Assembly: GCA_002269645.1 (NCBI GenBank)
Contig: NIVC01003317.1
Coordinates: 40,331-104,330, forward strand
Origin: Macrostomum lignano
Lineage: Eukaryota
DNA: 64,000 nt
Direction of reading: 5' to 3'
Position numbers and translations under genes: made by a program. This document shows, piece after piece, positions 22,600-35,500 of the stretch. Positions within the stretch are counted from its first letter, which is position 1, and every line of letters starts with the position of its first letter. Under the pieces are notes generated by a model. It ran no database searches, was not told the DNA's origin, and saw only the letters and a program-made list of their open reading frames with translations.

Positions 22600-23241
22600 A
22601 GAAATACGGCAAACCCTCTGCAAGCTGACGTCAGGTGTGGCACCCTCAAGATCGATGCACTGCTGAGATGCAATCTAAGATCCCATTTTTTAACGCCAGC
22701 ACAAGATAGTAAAATATTTTGACGCGTGCCGATCGTTGAAATGAAAGTTAATAGACCGCCCATGTCGAGGCGGCGAGAGCGTGGCTGCTGGTCATTCAAA
22801 GTGGACTGGCCATCCTTGAACTGTTGGATTCATTTGTAAATAGCTTTTTTTCTTAATCCTTTTCTCACCATGGATTGAGAAAAGATGATTAGCAATTTTG
22901 GCTCCACTCCATCCTGCAGACCACAGGGCGAAAACTTGACTCCGCTGACTCTCAAGGATGTAGAGAGGAATCATCTTATAATCTTTAGCCGAAAGCAAGC
23001 ATTTAGTATGGACTAAGCAAGCGCTGACACCACTAGATCTGACCAGCAATTTTACTGGTTCTAATTCCAAAAATTGATGACGGAAAAATGACACCACAGA
23101 CATTCGAGATTGTCTAACACTGGTACAAGTTTTTTCGTTGCAAAATTATCTTTAGTTTGACACATAAAACATAAAAATTGGTCAAGGTACCGATCGGAGC
23201 TAGAGCAAACATTCCGGGAACTTTTGGGACACCCCTCGGTA
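22600..23241 (-). mobile_element. Truncated mariner (Tc1/mariner) relic: 5' TIR plus decayed transposase N-terminus
   Basis: Minus strand reads TA|CCGAGGGGTGTCCCAAAAGTTCCCGGAAT, a mariner-like TIR. Translation ...IANHLFSIHGEKRIKK[+1 shift in A7]AIYK*IQQFKDGQSTLNDQQPRS... resembles the mariner HTH, and a later RVPHLT resembles the WVPHEL motif. No second TIR was found. Confidence 0.7.
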
Positions 23242-23389
23242 GATTGGCTACGGAAGCTGGATTTGGCAAAAAAGTAACAAAAATTGGACCTGGGATAGCA
23301 GAGAACAGGCAAGGGGACAATTAGGGACTCCACTTCATGAGCTTAAGTTTACATAAAAGTCCCTGATTGTTTAAACTTGTTTAAGTCTA

Positions 23390-23775
23390 CATGCTTGGGC
23401 GCAACCTACGGATTCACCCGGCCGTTCCTATTGGCAACACACACATGTAAGTCGCTATTGGCCAAGAGCAGTCCCGTGACTACTATTCCGTCCAAATAGC
23501 GACTTACATGTGTGTGTTGCCAATAGGAACGGCCGTTTCTATCCTTGGGAATCCCAAGGATTTTTTTTGGGATTTTTTTGGGAATTTTTTTGGGATATTC
23601 CCCTTGGGAATCCCAAGGCCGTTTTCAACCTTGGGAATCACTCGGCCGTTTCTATTGGCAACACACACATGTAAGTCGCTATTGGCCAAAAGCAGTCACT
23701 ATTCCGTCCAATAGCGACTTACATGTGTGTGTTGCCAATAGAAACGGCCGAGTGATTCCCAAGGTTGCGCATGAG
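23390..23775. mobile_element. Palindromic foldback/MITE-like element with two long hairpins
   Basis: Inverted arms at 23419-23461/23492-23535 and a perfect 59-bp pair at 23627-23685/23708-23766. Two CCTTGGGAATCCCAAGG palindromes lie between them. Confidence 0.75.
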
Positions 23776-25719
23776 TGTAAAGTCTATAAATTGCAAGTTT
23801 AAATCTCCGTTTTCCCCCTTTGCATGGCAAACGCAACAGTTTTCGATAGCTAAAAAAGCATATGGTAAGCTTTCCAAGTGGCATATACGTTTTTGAATCA
23901 AGGGAAATCGTTGGAGCAATTTTGATAGCAATTTTCGCATCGAAGCAAAAAAATTGAAGCGGGTGTCTTTTCCTCTGCAGCCGAAAATCTTCCAGCCCAC
24001 GTGGCTAATTAGAACAATCAGACCAACGTCTGAGCTGCCGGCACCTGGCGACATCGGCCTGCAGATCAAACAGGCAAAAAAGCTGCAAGCATAGATTTGT
24101 CCCCAATTGGACCTTATCAACTATAATTATACAAAATCTTAGCAGGTGTGGCAAGTGATTACTAATCTTGAAATATTGCATAGGTTGCTCCGTAGCAACA
24201 TTCTGCACCCAAGGCTCTGTCTGGATCAAAAAGAATCTTCCCCAATTAACCGCGGCGCTTTTTGAGCAGATAACAGAAATCCGTAACGAGCAGCTGCCCA
24301 CAATTTCAGGTACTCAAAGCGCGAACCGGCTCTGACCAAACCGGGTGGCAAGTCAAAGGAGGTCTGGCGGCCTCAGGACTCGTACGCCGCCTGATGCCCC
24401 CCAGCGCCTGCAGACGCGTTCAAGCGGAACAAATTTATAATCAGACAGAAATTAAAACAAAATTAAATCTATTTTTCTCTCTATGTTGAAAATACGTCTT
24501 TTAGAAAGCCTGTGCTCCGTTCTATACGATTTCAAGCCATGTTGTTTGCTTTTCAAAAGTCAGTTTTTCGTAGTGACCAAGATATAGAGAGGATTTTTGG
24601 CTGTGAGAATGAAACTTCTGTGTGTTCCCTACTCCCAGATTTTCCTGTTGGTAGCTAATCAAGGCAGGACATGATCAATGAAACTCTTACTAAAAGACTC
24701 GAATTATCAAGACACGATTGATTTTTTCTGATAGTTCTGACTCGGCCCTTCTTTGTAATAGATGAACGTTTCTACTATTTCATATCCCTTTTTCAGAGGT
24801 TTTTTGCATGAGAGTTTTACGAGTTCCAAACAGGCTGATTTTCCCATATCGTTTGTTTGCCTTAATTAGGATTTGCTTTTTTAATTTTCAAACAAAAAAT
24901 ACTTCTATGAAACGTGTGCACAGACAAGCGCTATAAGCAGGCAAATTATTGTTAATAATTCTTTTCACACAATAAACTGCAGTTTTTGCTTTTTCTATCT
25001 GAATTAACATATCCGTTTCCTTTTCTCGTCAACCTGAATAGTGACAAACTGTCAGAGATATTGTGAAAGATTTTTGAGATATTAAAGATTTAATAAGACG
25101 TCTTTATGGATAAAAGAATGGCAAAAAAGATGCGAGAGACCTTCGTGGTGACGGCCATCCAAGCTTCAGATTAGCAAATTAATTTGACATTGAAACACTG
25201 TCAGATTGGTTTGTATTGACTAACGACTGACTATCGCAGTCGATGTGAGGGACTGACACGCAAATCGGAGAAAAACCTGCTGCTGATGGGGCGGTGAGGC
25301 GGTGGGCATGGAGTGGGATGATCATAATCATAGGCCTCTCCTCAGCTCCTCATCCTTTCCATTCGCTTGCCGAGAACCTCAGCATCCAATCAGGACAGAT
25401 CAGTTCTGAGAGCTCACCCGGTGGCGTCTCAGACGACAATAAACTGTTGTTTCAAGGCGGCCTTAAGCCTATCGCTCCAGGCTAAGCCTCGCTACAACCA
25501 GCTGGTCGGTCAAGTACTCGCTTAGCAAACCGGTTTAATAAAATCCTTTCGAAAATTCAGCTCCATCGCCAATCAGCAGTCATTGCTCTGTCGGGTTGGG
25601 CGCAATTCAGTTGGCCGGCACAAGTGGAAGCTTATTCAGCACTGCACCAGCAGCAGCAGTACCTCGTTGCACCTGCCGATATCGCACCCGGATTCCGACT
25701 GACTCACCGACATCCAGCC

Positions 25720-25930
25720 ATGGTAAGCGGGGTGAGCACATCGAACGGACAGGAACTCGCGGTGGCCTCCGCCGCCACGGGAGGCGGCAAGTCGGGGGAA
25801 CGCATCAAGCTGTTCGTCGGCCAGATCCCCCGGTCCATGGAGGAGGACGATCTGCGACCGCTGTTTGAGGAGTTCGGCGCGATCCTGGAGCTGACCGTGC
25901 TCAAGGACAAGTTCACTGGCGTTCACAAAG
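25720..25930 (+). CDS. CELF3/4/5/6: CELF3-6 (bruno-3/unc-75-type) RNA-binding protein, exon 1 (RRM1 N-half)
   Basis: [42 protein letters not shown]. Donor G|GTGAGT, phase 1. The start is uncertain: 25720 is the first in-frame ATG, but the frame is open at least 200 nt upstream and there is an acceptor-like site at 25560. Confidence 0.9.
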
Positions 25931-26022
25931 GTGAGTTGTCGAAGTTCTTAATTCGAAATCGTAAACCAGTATCTATTTTTGTTTCTCTGTATCAGTGTTC
26001 TCATAAATGCATGCTAGACATA

Positions 26023-26215
26023 GGGCCGTATGCAGAAAGCTTAGTCCAGACTAGCTAGTCCGGACTTGGGTAGTTCAGTCTATAGTCTATGGTCTAGCTA
26101 GCCTAGTTGTGCTATAGTAGACTGGTCTAACTCTGTGTTTCTGCATACCAAATCCAAGTCTAGACTAGCTTTTCAAGACCGGACTACCCTAGACAGAGCT
26201 TTCTGCATACGGCCC
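26023..26215. mobile_element. 193-bp MITE, PIF/Harbinger (Tourist)-like
   Basis: Perfect 19-bp TIRs GGGCCGTATGCAGAAAGCT / AGCTTTCTGCATACGGCCC, flanked on both sides by ATA (3-bp TSD). Confidence 0.8.
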
Positions 26216-26470
26216 ATAGAGATTATGCCTAAGTACTCAAAGTGCATCGAATTTGATGCCAGCATGCTTTTGTGAATTTGAAAAAGCAACGTTTTTTTCC
26301 TATACGCATGCGCTGAAACAAAACAGGTTCTTACTCATAGGCTTTTATAGGTGTGGAAAACATGAGCTGTTTTTGCAGCACCTAATCCGGAGGGCTTAGC
26401 GCTTTGTCATGCTTTCTCTTTCAAAATGTTACTTAAACTGGTTGTTTAAAGCTGAATACAGTGTAGTGTA

Positions 26471-27230
26471 TCACCTGTTAAATTAGTGTGTTACCTGTTA
26501 GACAGGAGTCTCACCTGTTAGACAGAAGTCTCACCTGTTAGATAGAAGTCTCACCTGTTAGACAGAAGTCTCAACTGTTAGACAGAAGTCTCACCTGTTA
26601 GACAGAAGTCCCACCTGTAAGATTGAAGTCTCACCTGTTAGACAGAAGTCCCACTTGTAAGATTGAAGTCTCACCTGTTAGACAGAAGTCTCACCTGTTA
26701 GACAGAAGTCTCACCTGTTAGATAGAAGTCTCACCTGTTAGACAGAAGTCCCACTTGTAAGATTGAAGTCTCACCTGTTAGACAGGAGTCTCACCTGTTA
26801 GACAGAAGTCTCAACTGTTAGACAGGAGTCTCACCTGTTAGACAGAAGTCTCACCTGTTAGACAGAAGTCTCACCTGTAAGATTGAAGTCTCACCTGTTA
26901 GACAGAAGTCCCACTTGTAAGATTGAAGTCTCACCTGTTAGACAGAAGTCTCACCTGTTAGACAGAAGTCTCACCTGTTAAATAGAAGTCTTAACTGTTA
27001 GACAGAAGTCTAACCTGTTAGACTAGTGTGTCAGCTGTTAGACAGGAGTCTTACCTGTTAGACAGAAGTCTCAACTGTTAGACAGGAGTCTCACCTGTTA
27101 GACAGGAGTCTCACCTGTTAGACAGGAGTCTCACCTGTTAGACTGAAGTCTCACCTGTTAGACAGGAGTCTCACCTGTTAGACAGAAGTCTCACCTGTTA
27201 GACACCTGTTTGTCTAGTGTGTCACCTGTT
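26471..27230. repeat. 20-bp minisatellite CTCACCTGTTAGACAGAAGT
   Basis: About 37 tandem copies are visible. Confidence 0.95.
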
Positions 27231-27804
27231 ACACAGACCAGCCAGTGTTTCACTTCAAGCCGAATTCAATTTTCTTTGCTTCAAACAAGCAAAGGTGGCA
27301 GCAAAAGGTAATAAAATATCAGTGAGTTCAAAGAAGAGGCAACCCAGCCGGGCCCGATGACAGTAGAAGCACACAAACACACACACTGGACTCACCCAGC
27401 CGGCCAGGGAGCTGGGTGGATGAGCTCGGGCAGATCCTCTCCCCAGTTCCTCTCTTAAAGCCTCTGACGGGTGACTTCCGCTGCGGCTGCCTACAGGACG
27501 GTCACGGGGAGAGGGGCGCGGTGAGCTCAGCGGATGAGGCCATCCCTCACTGCCATTCTCAGCCTCCCTGTCTACTTTCTTTATCTATCTGTGTCGGTTG
27601 AATAAATTCCAAATCATTTTTGTCAATGCGTCGCCCGTAATGCAACTTGGCAGGTTGATGTAAATGGAATAATTTTTGAAAAATGCGATTCGACATAGAC
27701 ATCAAAAAAGTGAACTACAGGTGAAACTGGCTTAGAACTCGGTGTGCCGTCTTGACTTCAGAAACGGAATGTTTTGTTCCAACTGTTGAGGGATAAGATC
27801 GATA

Positions 27805-28150
27805 ATGGGGAGGAGAGGAGGGGAGAGGAGAGAGAGAAAAGGAGAGAAGAGAGGGGAGAAGAGAGGGGAGGGGAGAGGAGAGGAGAAAGGACAGGAGAAA
27901 AAAGAGGAGAGAGGAGAGAGTTGAAAAGAGAGGGGAGAGAGGGGAGAAGAGAGAGGAGGAGAGAGGGGAGGAGAAAGGAGAGGAGAGAGGAGAGAGTTGA
28001 TAAGAGAGTTGAGAAGAGAGGGGAGAGAGGGGAGCAGAGAGGAAAGGAGAGAGGAGAGTGGAGAGGAGAGAGGAGAGGAGAAATTGAGAGTAGGGAGGAG
28101 AGAAGAGGGGAGGGGAGGGGAGAGAGTTGAGAAGAGAGGGGAGAAAAGGT
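27805..28150. repeat. GA-rich polypurine tract (left breakpoint region of the tandem duplication)
   Basis: Almost pure G/A sequence. Confidence 0.85.
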
Positions 28151-29213
28151 GGAGAAAATAGCTGAAATAGGGCTGAAATTATAAGCACGAAGCAGAACCC
28201 AAGAAAAAAGAAAACAAACTCACATAGCAACAAAACATTCATCAGAAGCCTTTGGCAGAGCAGCTCTGGCGGTAAACGCGCCTGACTCTCGCTCCACACG
28301 ACCCCTGATCCCGTGAGAGGCCAGATTAAGTTGAGGCTTGTGTGCACGGAAATCGGTCAGAGGTTTTTCTTGTGATTCACAGCCGTGAGGATCAGCAGAA
28401 TGAGCGTTGGTTGTTGGATGATTTCGCCGGAGATGTTGCGCCATGGTTCCAACTGTCCTCCTGCAATTAATATGATTATTACTACTATTATTATTATTAT
28501 TGACCCTTTGAACCAGAAAGACAAAGGAGATTAAAACGACAGGCAGATTGAAAAATGAAGACTGCAGCAGCCGCGACGCGAGCTTTTCAGTAGGAAATTA
28601 AAATTGATGCGCCTTGGGAGGCTGCAAGGGGGGGGGGCAGGGCTGAGCAGAAAGCAGAATGCTGCTCAGCTTTCACCTGCCTGCAGATCGGGTCTCAATC
28701 AGTTCCCCCGGAACCGGCCCCGACCGAGTCAGGCAGGCGAGTCAGCCGTCAGAACCTGAAATTCAGCGCAATGAGCCTCGCCTGATGATGTATTTCTGTC
28801 TTCTCCGATGCTCGTTTTAGGCACCTGACGCTGCGCACTGGATAAAGTGGGCTGACGGCTTTTTTAAGGCAGAGGGGATCCTGGCTGGCTTGGGTTTCAA
28901 AAGGATTCAAACAAATTCTGCTTCTCGTTTCAGCTTTGCCAAGCAGAAATTGCCATCCGAGTCACCTTGGGGGAGCCTGCTTTAATCTCATTGTAAAATT
29001 AATACCTCTGCCGTGTCTAGCAATGGCTTCCTGGTTTTACTGAGTCCTGCTTGCGGCCTTCATTGTCTCTGCTTGCATCTCGGATTCCTTCCGGTGTTCT
29101 ATTCTGTCCTGTCTTCCCCAGATTCTCTTCCTTCATCTCAGATTCTCTCTTCCTTCATCCTAGATATCTCTAATTCTCGGTCCTGTACGAGTATATTACA
29201 CCTACAGTCCTGA

Positions 29214-29454
<241 letters not shown>

Positions 29455-29717
29455 CAGACGTACATTCGTGGGTGACCCTGTATTAGTTGAATGCATACCC
29501 AAACCTACAGGTGCGTACGCATCTTACCAGCCTCATTTTTTGACCTAATAATTTCTTATAAAAGGAGACCCAGTAAAAAAACAGGAAATGAGCTTTTCTA
29601 TAAAAATTAAAGCCACTGGCTGCTACAAAAGCAGCTAGAGAGAGCACTGAAATCTGGCAAACCAACTTCTTTACTTATTAATCAACGAAAAAGATAAGGA
29701 GATATTACCAGTCTAAA

Positions 29718-31112
29718 ATCTGGGATCTAGGATCTGGGATCTAGGATCTGGGATCTAGGATCTGGGATCTAGGATCTGGGATCTAGGATCTGGGATCTAG
29801 GATCTGGGATCTAGGATCTGGGATCTAGGATCTGGGATCTAGGATCTGGGATCTAGGATCTGGGATCTAGGATCTGGGATCTAGGATCTGGGATCTAGGA
29901 TCTGGGATCTAGGATCTGGGATCTAGGATCTGGGATCTAGGATCTGGGATCTAGGATCTGGGATCTAGGATCTGGGATCTAGGATCTGGGATCTAGGATC
30001 TGGGATCTAGGATCTGGGATCTAGGATCTGGGATCTAGGATCTGGGATCTAGGATCTGGGATCTAGGATCTGGGATCTAGGATCTGGGATCTAGGATCTG
30101 GGATCTAGGATCTGGGATCTAGGATCTGGGATCTAGGATCTGGGATCTAGGATCTGGGATCTAGGATCTGGGATCTAGGATCTGGGATCTAGGATCTGGG
30201 ATCTAGGATCTGGGATCTAGGATCTGGGATCTAGGATCTGGGATCTAGGATCTGGGATCTAGGATCTGGGATCTAGGATCTGGGATCTAGGATCTGGGAT
30301 CTAGGATCTGGGATCTAGGATCTGGGATCTAGGATCTGGGATCTAGGATCTGGGATCTAGGATCTGGGATCTAGGATCTGGGATCTAGGATCTGGGATCT
30401 AGGATCTGGGATCTAGGATCTGGGATCTAGGATCTGGGATCTAGGATCTGGGATCTAGGATCTGGGATCTAGGATCTGGGATCTAGGATCTGGGATCTAG
30501 GATCTGGGATCTAGGATCTGGGATCTAGGATCTGGGATCTAGGATCTGGGATCTAGGATCTGGGATCTAGGATCTGGGATCTAGGATCTGGGATCTAGGA
30601 TCTGGGATCTAGGATCTGGGATCTAGGATCTGGGATCTAGGATCTGGGATCTAGGATCTGGGATCTAGGATCTGGGATCTAGGATCTGGGATCTAGGATC
30701 TGGGATCTAGGATCTGGGATCTAGGATCTGGGATCTAGGATCTGGGATCTAGGATCTGGGATCTAGGATCTGGGATCTAGGATCTGGGATCTAGGATCTG
30801 GGATCTAGGATCTGGGATCTAGGATCTGGGATCTAGGATCTGGGATCTAGGATCTGGGATCTAGGATCTGGGATCTAGGATCTGGGATCTAGGATCTGGG
30901 ATCTAGGATCTGGGATCTAGGATCTGGGATCTAGGATCTGGGATCTAGGATCTGGGATCTAGGATCTGGGATCTAGGATCTGGGATCTAGGATCTGGGAT
31001 CTAGGATCTGGGATCTAGGATCTGGGATCTAGGATCTGGGATCTAGGATCTGGGATCTAGGATCTGGGATCTAGGATCTGGGATCTAGGATCTGGGATCT
31101 GGGATCTAGGAT
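29718..31112. repeat. (GGATCTAGGATCTG)n array, about 100 perfect 14-bp units, copy A
   Basis: Directly visible, with one irregularity at the 3' end. Confidence 0.97.
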
Positions 31113-32830
31113 TCACCTAATTGCTTTGTTGCTGCAAGCAAAAAATTAAATGGAACAAGGCCGTTATGCTTAATCTGCTATGTCTTGTATCGTGGTCATG
31201 ACACGCAGTTACAATTCATTAATTTAAGCTTTCATCAAATTCCCTGCTCTGGGCGTGGCAGTTTTCCTAATCGAGAAAAGTGAAAAAATTCAATTTAATC
31301 TACCATCACAGATACTGAAACAGGGCTCCCAGCTAGAATTCTCGCAATTCAATCTTGAGTAATAATAAATTTTTTGTTCCATCTGACAATGTAAGCATCT
31401 GACAATGTAAGAATGATTGCTGCGCGTTTTAGCGTGATTAAAGAAAATTTGTTAATTAAAATAATTAGCTGGGGTTTTCTTAGAATGTCAAAGATGCTTT
31501 TTTCTTATGAAATTAATTTAGTGAATTGGCAAAATATTGGTGAATGCGATGAGGACATGGTCGATATTACTAGAGTTGAAGAGGAGGTAAAAAAGAGGCT
31601 GCGAGTGGGTAGAGAGGAAGAGTTGGAGCGAGGCGAGAGGAAGGAGAGAGAGGGGGAGAGGGGAGAGGGGAGAGGGGAGAGGAGAGAGGAGAGGAGAAAT
31701 TGAGAGTAGGGAGGAGAGAAGAGGGGAGGGGAGGGGAGAGAGTTGAGAAGAGAGGGGAGAAAAGGTGGAGAAAATAGCTGAAATAGGGCTGAAATTATAA
31801 GCACGAAGCAGAACCCAAGAAAAAAGAAAACAAACTCACATAGCAACAAAACATTCATCAGAAGCCTTTGGCAGAGCAGCTCTGGCGGTAAACGCGCCTG
31901 ACTCTCGCTCCACACGACCCCTGATCCCGTGAGAGGCCAGATTAAGTTGAGGCTTGTGTGCACGGAAATCGGTCAGAGGTTTTTCTTGTGATTCACAGCC
32001 GTGAGGATCAGCAGAATGAGCGTTGGTTGTTGGATGATTTCGCCGGAGATGTTGCGCCATGGTTCCAACTGTCCTCCTGCAATTAATATGATTATTACTA
32101 CTATTATTATTATTATTGACCCTTTGAACCAGAAAGACAAAGGAGATTAAAACGACAGGCAGATTGAAAAATGAAGACTGCAGCAGCCGCGACGCGAGCT
32201 TTTCAGTAGGAAATTAAAATTGATGCGCCTTGGGAGGCTGCAAGGGGGGGGGGCAGGGCTGAGCAGAAAGCAGAATGCTGCTCAGCTTTCACCTGCCTGC
32301 AGATCGGGTCTCAATCAGTTCCCCCGGAACCGTCCCCGACCGAGTCAGGCAGGCGAGTCAGCCGTCAGAAGCTGAAATTCAGCGCAATGAGCCTCGCCTG
32401 ATGATGTATTTCTGTCTTCTCCGATGCTCGTTTTAGGCACCTGACGCTGCGCACTGGATAAAGTGGGCTGACGGCTTTTTTAAGGCAGAGGGGATCCTGG
32501 CTGGCTTGGGTTTCAAAAGGATTCAAACAAATTCTGCTTCTCGTTTCAGCTTTGCCAAGCAGAAATTGCCATCCGAGTCACCTTGGGGGAGCCTGCTTTA
32601 ATCTCATTGTAAAATTAATACCTCTGCCGTGTCTAGCAATGGCTTCCTGGTTTTACTGAGTCCTGCTTGCGGCCTTCATTGTCTCTGCTTGCATCTCGGA
32701 TTCCTTCCGGTGTTCTATTCTGGCCTGTCTTCTCCCAGATTCTCTTCCTTCATCTCAGATTCTCTCTTCCTTCATCCTAGATATCTCTAATTCTCGGTCC
32801 TGTACGAGTATATTACACCTTCAGTCCTGA

Positions 32831-33115
<285 letters not shown>

Positions 33116-33378
33116 CAGACGTACATTCGTGGGTGACCCTGTATTAGTTGAATGCATACCCAAACCTACAGGTGCGTACGCATCTTACCAGCCTCATTTT
33201 TTGACCTAATAATTTCTTATAAAAGGAGACCCAGTAAAAAAACAGGAAATGAGCTTTTCTATAAAAATTAAAGCCACTGGCTGCTACAAAAGCAGCTAGA
33301 GAGAGCACTGAAATCTGGCAAACCAACTTCTTTACTTATTAATCAACGAAAAAGATCAGGAGATATTACCAGTCTAAA

Positions 33379-33891
33379 ATCTGGGATCTAGGATCTGGGA
33401 TCTAGGATCTGGGATCTAGGATCTGGGATCTAGGATCTGGGATCTAGGATCTGGGATCTAGGATCTGGGATCTAGGATCTGGGATCTAGGATCTGGGATC
33501 TAGGATCTGGGATCTAGGATCTGGGATCTAGGATCTGGGATCTAGGATCTGGGATCTAGGATCTGGGATCTAGGATCTGGGATCTAGGATCTGGGATCTA
33601 GGATCTGGGATCTAGGATCTGGGATCTAGGATCTGGGATCTAGGATCTGGGATCTAGGATCTGGGATCTAGGATCTGGGATCTAGGATCTGGGATCTAGG
33701 ATCTGGGATCTAGGATCTGGGATCTAGGATCTGGGATCTAGGATCTGGGATCTAGGATCTGGGATCTAGGATCTGGGATCTAGGATCTGGGATCTAGGAT
33801 CTGGGATCTAGGATCTGGGATCTAGGATCTGGGATCTAGGATCTGGGATCTAGGATCTGGGATCTAGGATCTGGGATCTGGGATCTAGGAT
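33379..33891. repeat. (GGATCTAGGATCTG)n array, about 37 units, copy B
   Basis: Same flanks and same terminal irregularity as copy A. Confidence 0.97.
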
Positions 33892-34419
33892 TCACCTAAT
33901 TGCTTTGTTGCTGCAAGCAAAAAATTAAATGGAACAAGGCCGTTATGCTTAATCTGCTATGTCTTGTATCGTGGTCATGACACGCAGTTACAATTCATTA
34001 ATTTAAGCTTTCATCAAATTCCCTGCTCTGGGCGTGGCAGTTTTCCTAATCGAGAAAAGTGAAAAAATTCAATTTAATCTACCATCACAGATACTGAAAC
34101 AGGGCTCCCAGCTAGAATTCTCGCAATTCAATCTTGAGTAATAAATTTTTTGTTCCATCTGACAATGTAAGCATCTGACAATGTAAGAATGATTGCTGCG
34201 CGTTTTAGCGTGATTAGAGAAAATTTGTTAATTAAAATAATTAGCTGGGGTTTTCTTAGAATGTCAAAGATGCTTTTTTCTTATGAAATTAATTTAGTGA
34301 ATTGGCAAAATATGGTGAATGCGATGAGGACATGGTCAAAATTACTAGAGTTGAAGAGGAGGTAAAAAAAGAGGCTGCGAGTGGGTAGAGAGGAAGAGTT
34401 GGAGCGAGGCGAGAGGAAG

Positions 34420-35500
34420 GAGAGAGAGGGGGAGAGGGGAGAGGGGAGAGGGGAGAGGGGAGAGGGGAAAGGTAAGAGGGGAGAGGGGAAAGGTAAGAGG
34501 GAGAGGGGAAAGGTAAGAGGGAGAGGGGAAAGGTAAGAGGGAGAGGGGAGAGGGGAGAGGGGAAAGGTAAGAGGGGAGAGGAGAGAGGAGAGGGGAAAGG
34601 TAAGAGGGGAGAGGGAGAGGGGAGAGGGAAAAGGTAAGAGGGGAGAGGGGAGAGGAGAGAGGGGAGAGGGGAAAGGTAAGAGGGAGAGGGAGAGGGAGAG
34701 GGAAAAGGTAAGAGGGGAGAGGGGAGAGGAGAGAGGGGAGAGGGGAAAGGTAAGAGGGGAGAGGAGAGAGGGGAGAGGGGAAAGGTAAGAGGGGAGAGGG
34801 GAAAGGTAAGAGGGGAGAGGGGAAAGGTAAGAGGGGAGAGGGGAAAGGTAAGAGGGGAGAGGGGAAAGGTAAGAGGGGAGAGGAGAGAGGGGAGAGGGGA
34901 AAGGTAAGAGGGGAGAGGGGAGAGGGGAGAGGGAAAAGGTAAGAGGGGAGAGGGGAGAGGAGAGAGGGGAGAGGGGAAAGGTAAGAGGGGAGAGGAGAGA
35001 GGGGAGAGGGGAAAGGTAAGAGGGGAGAGGGGAAAGGTAAGAGGGGAGAGGGGAAAGGTAAGAGGGGAGAGGGGAAAGGTAAGAGGGGAGAGGAGAGAGG
35101 GGAGAGGGAAAGGTAAGAGGGGAGAGGGGAGAGGGGAGAGGGAAAAGGTAAGAGGGGAGAGGGGAGAGGGGAAAGGTAAGAGGGGAGAGGGAGAGGAGAG
35201 AGGGAGAAGGGAAAGGTAAGAGGGGAGAGGGGAGAGGGAGAGGGGAAAGGTAAGAGGGAGAAGGGAGAGGAGAGAGGGGAGAAGGGAAAGGTAAGAGGGA
35301 GAGGGGAGAGGAGAGAGGGGAGAGGGGAAAGGTAAGAGGGGAGAGGGGAGAGGGGAGAGGGAAAAGGTAAGAGGGAGAGGGGAGAGGAGAGAGGGGAGAA
35401 GGGAAAGGTAAGAGGGGAGAGGGGAGAGTTGGAGCGAGGCGAAAGGATAGAGATGGAGAGAGAGAGAGAGAGAGAGAGTGGCGAGGTTAGAGGGGAGAGG
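34420..35500. repeat. Polypurine minisatellite GAGGGGAAAGGTAAGAGGGGA
   Basis: About 31 copies of AAAGGTAAGA embedded in G/A sequence. Confidence 0.9.

Noticed and set aside
27416-27601. ORF MDELGQILSPVPLLKPLTGDFRCGCL faintly resembling RRM1 (a duplicated or mutually exclusive exon)
   Set aside because: Similarity is weak, RNP motifs and compatible plus-strand splice sites are absent, and the true RRM1 continuation is at 41665.
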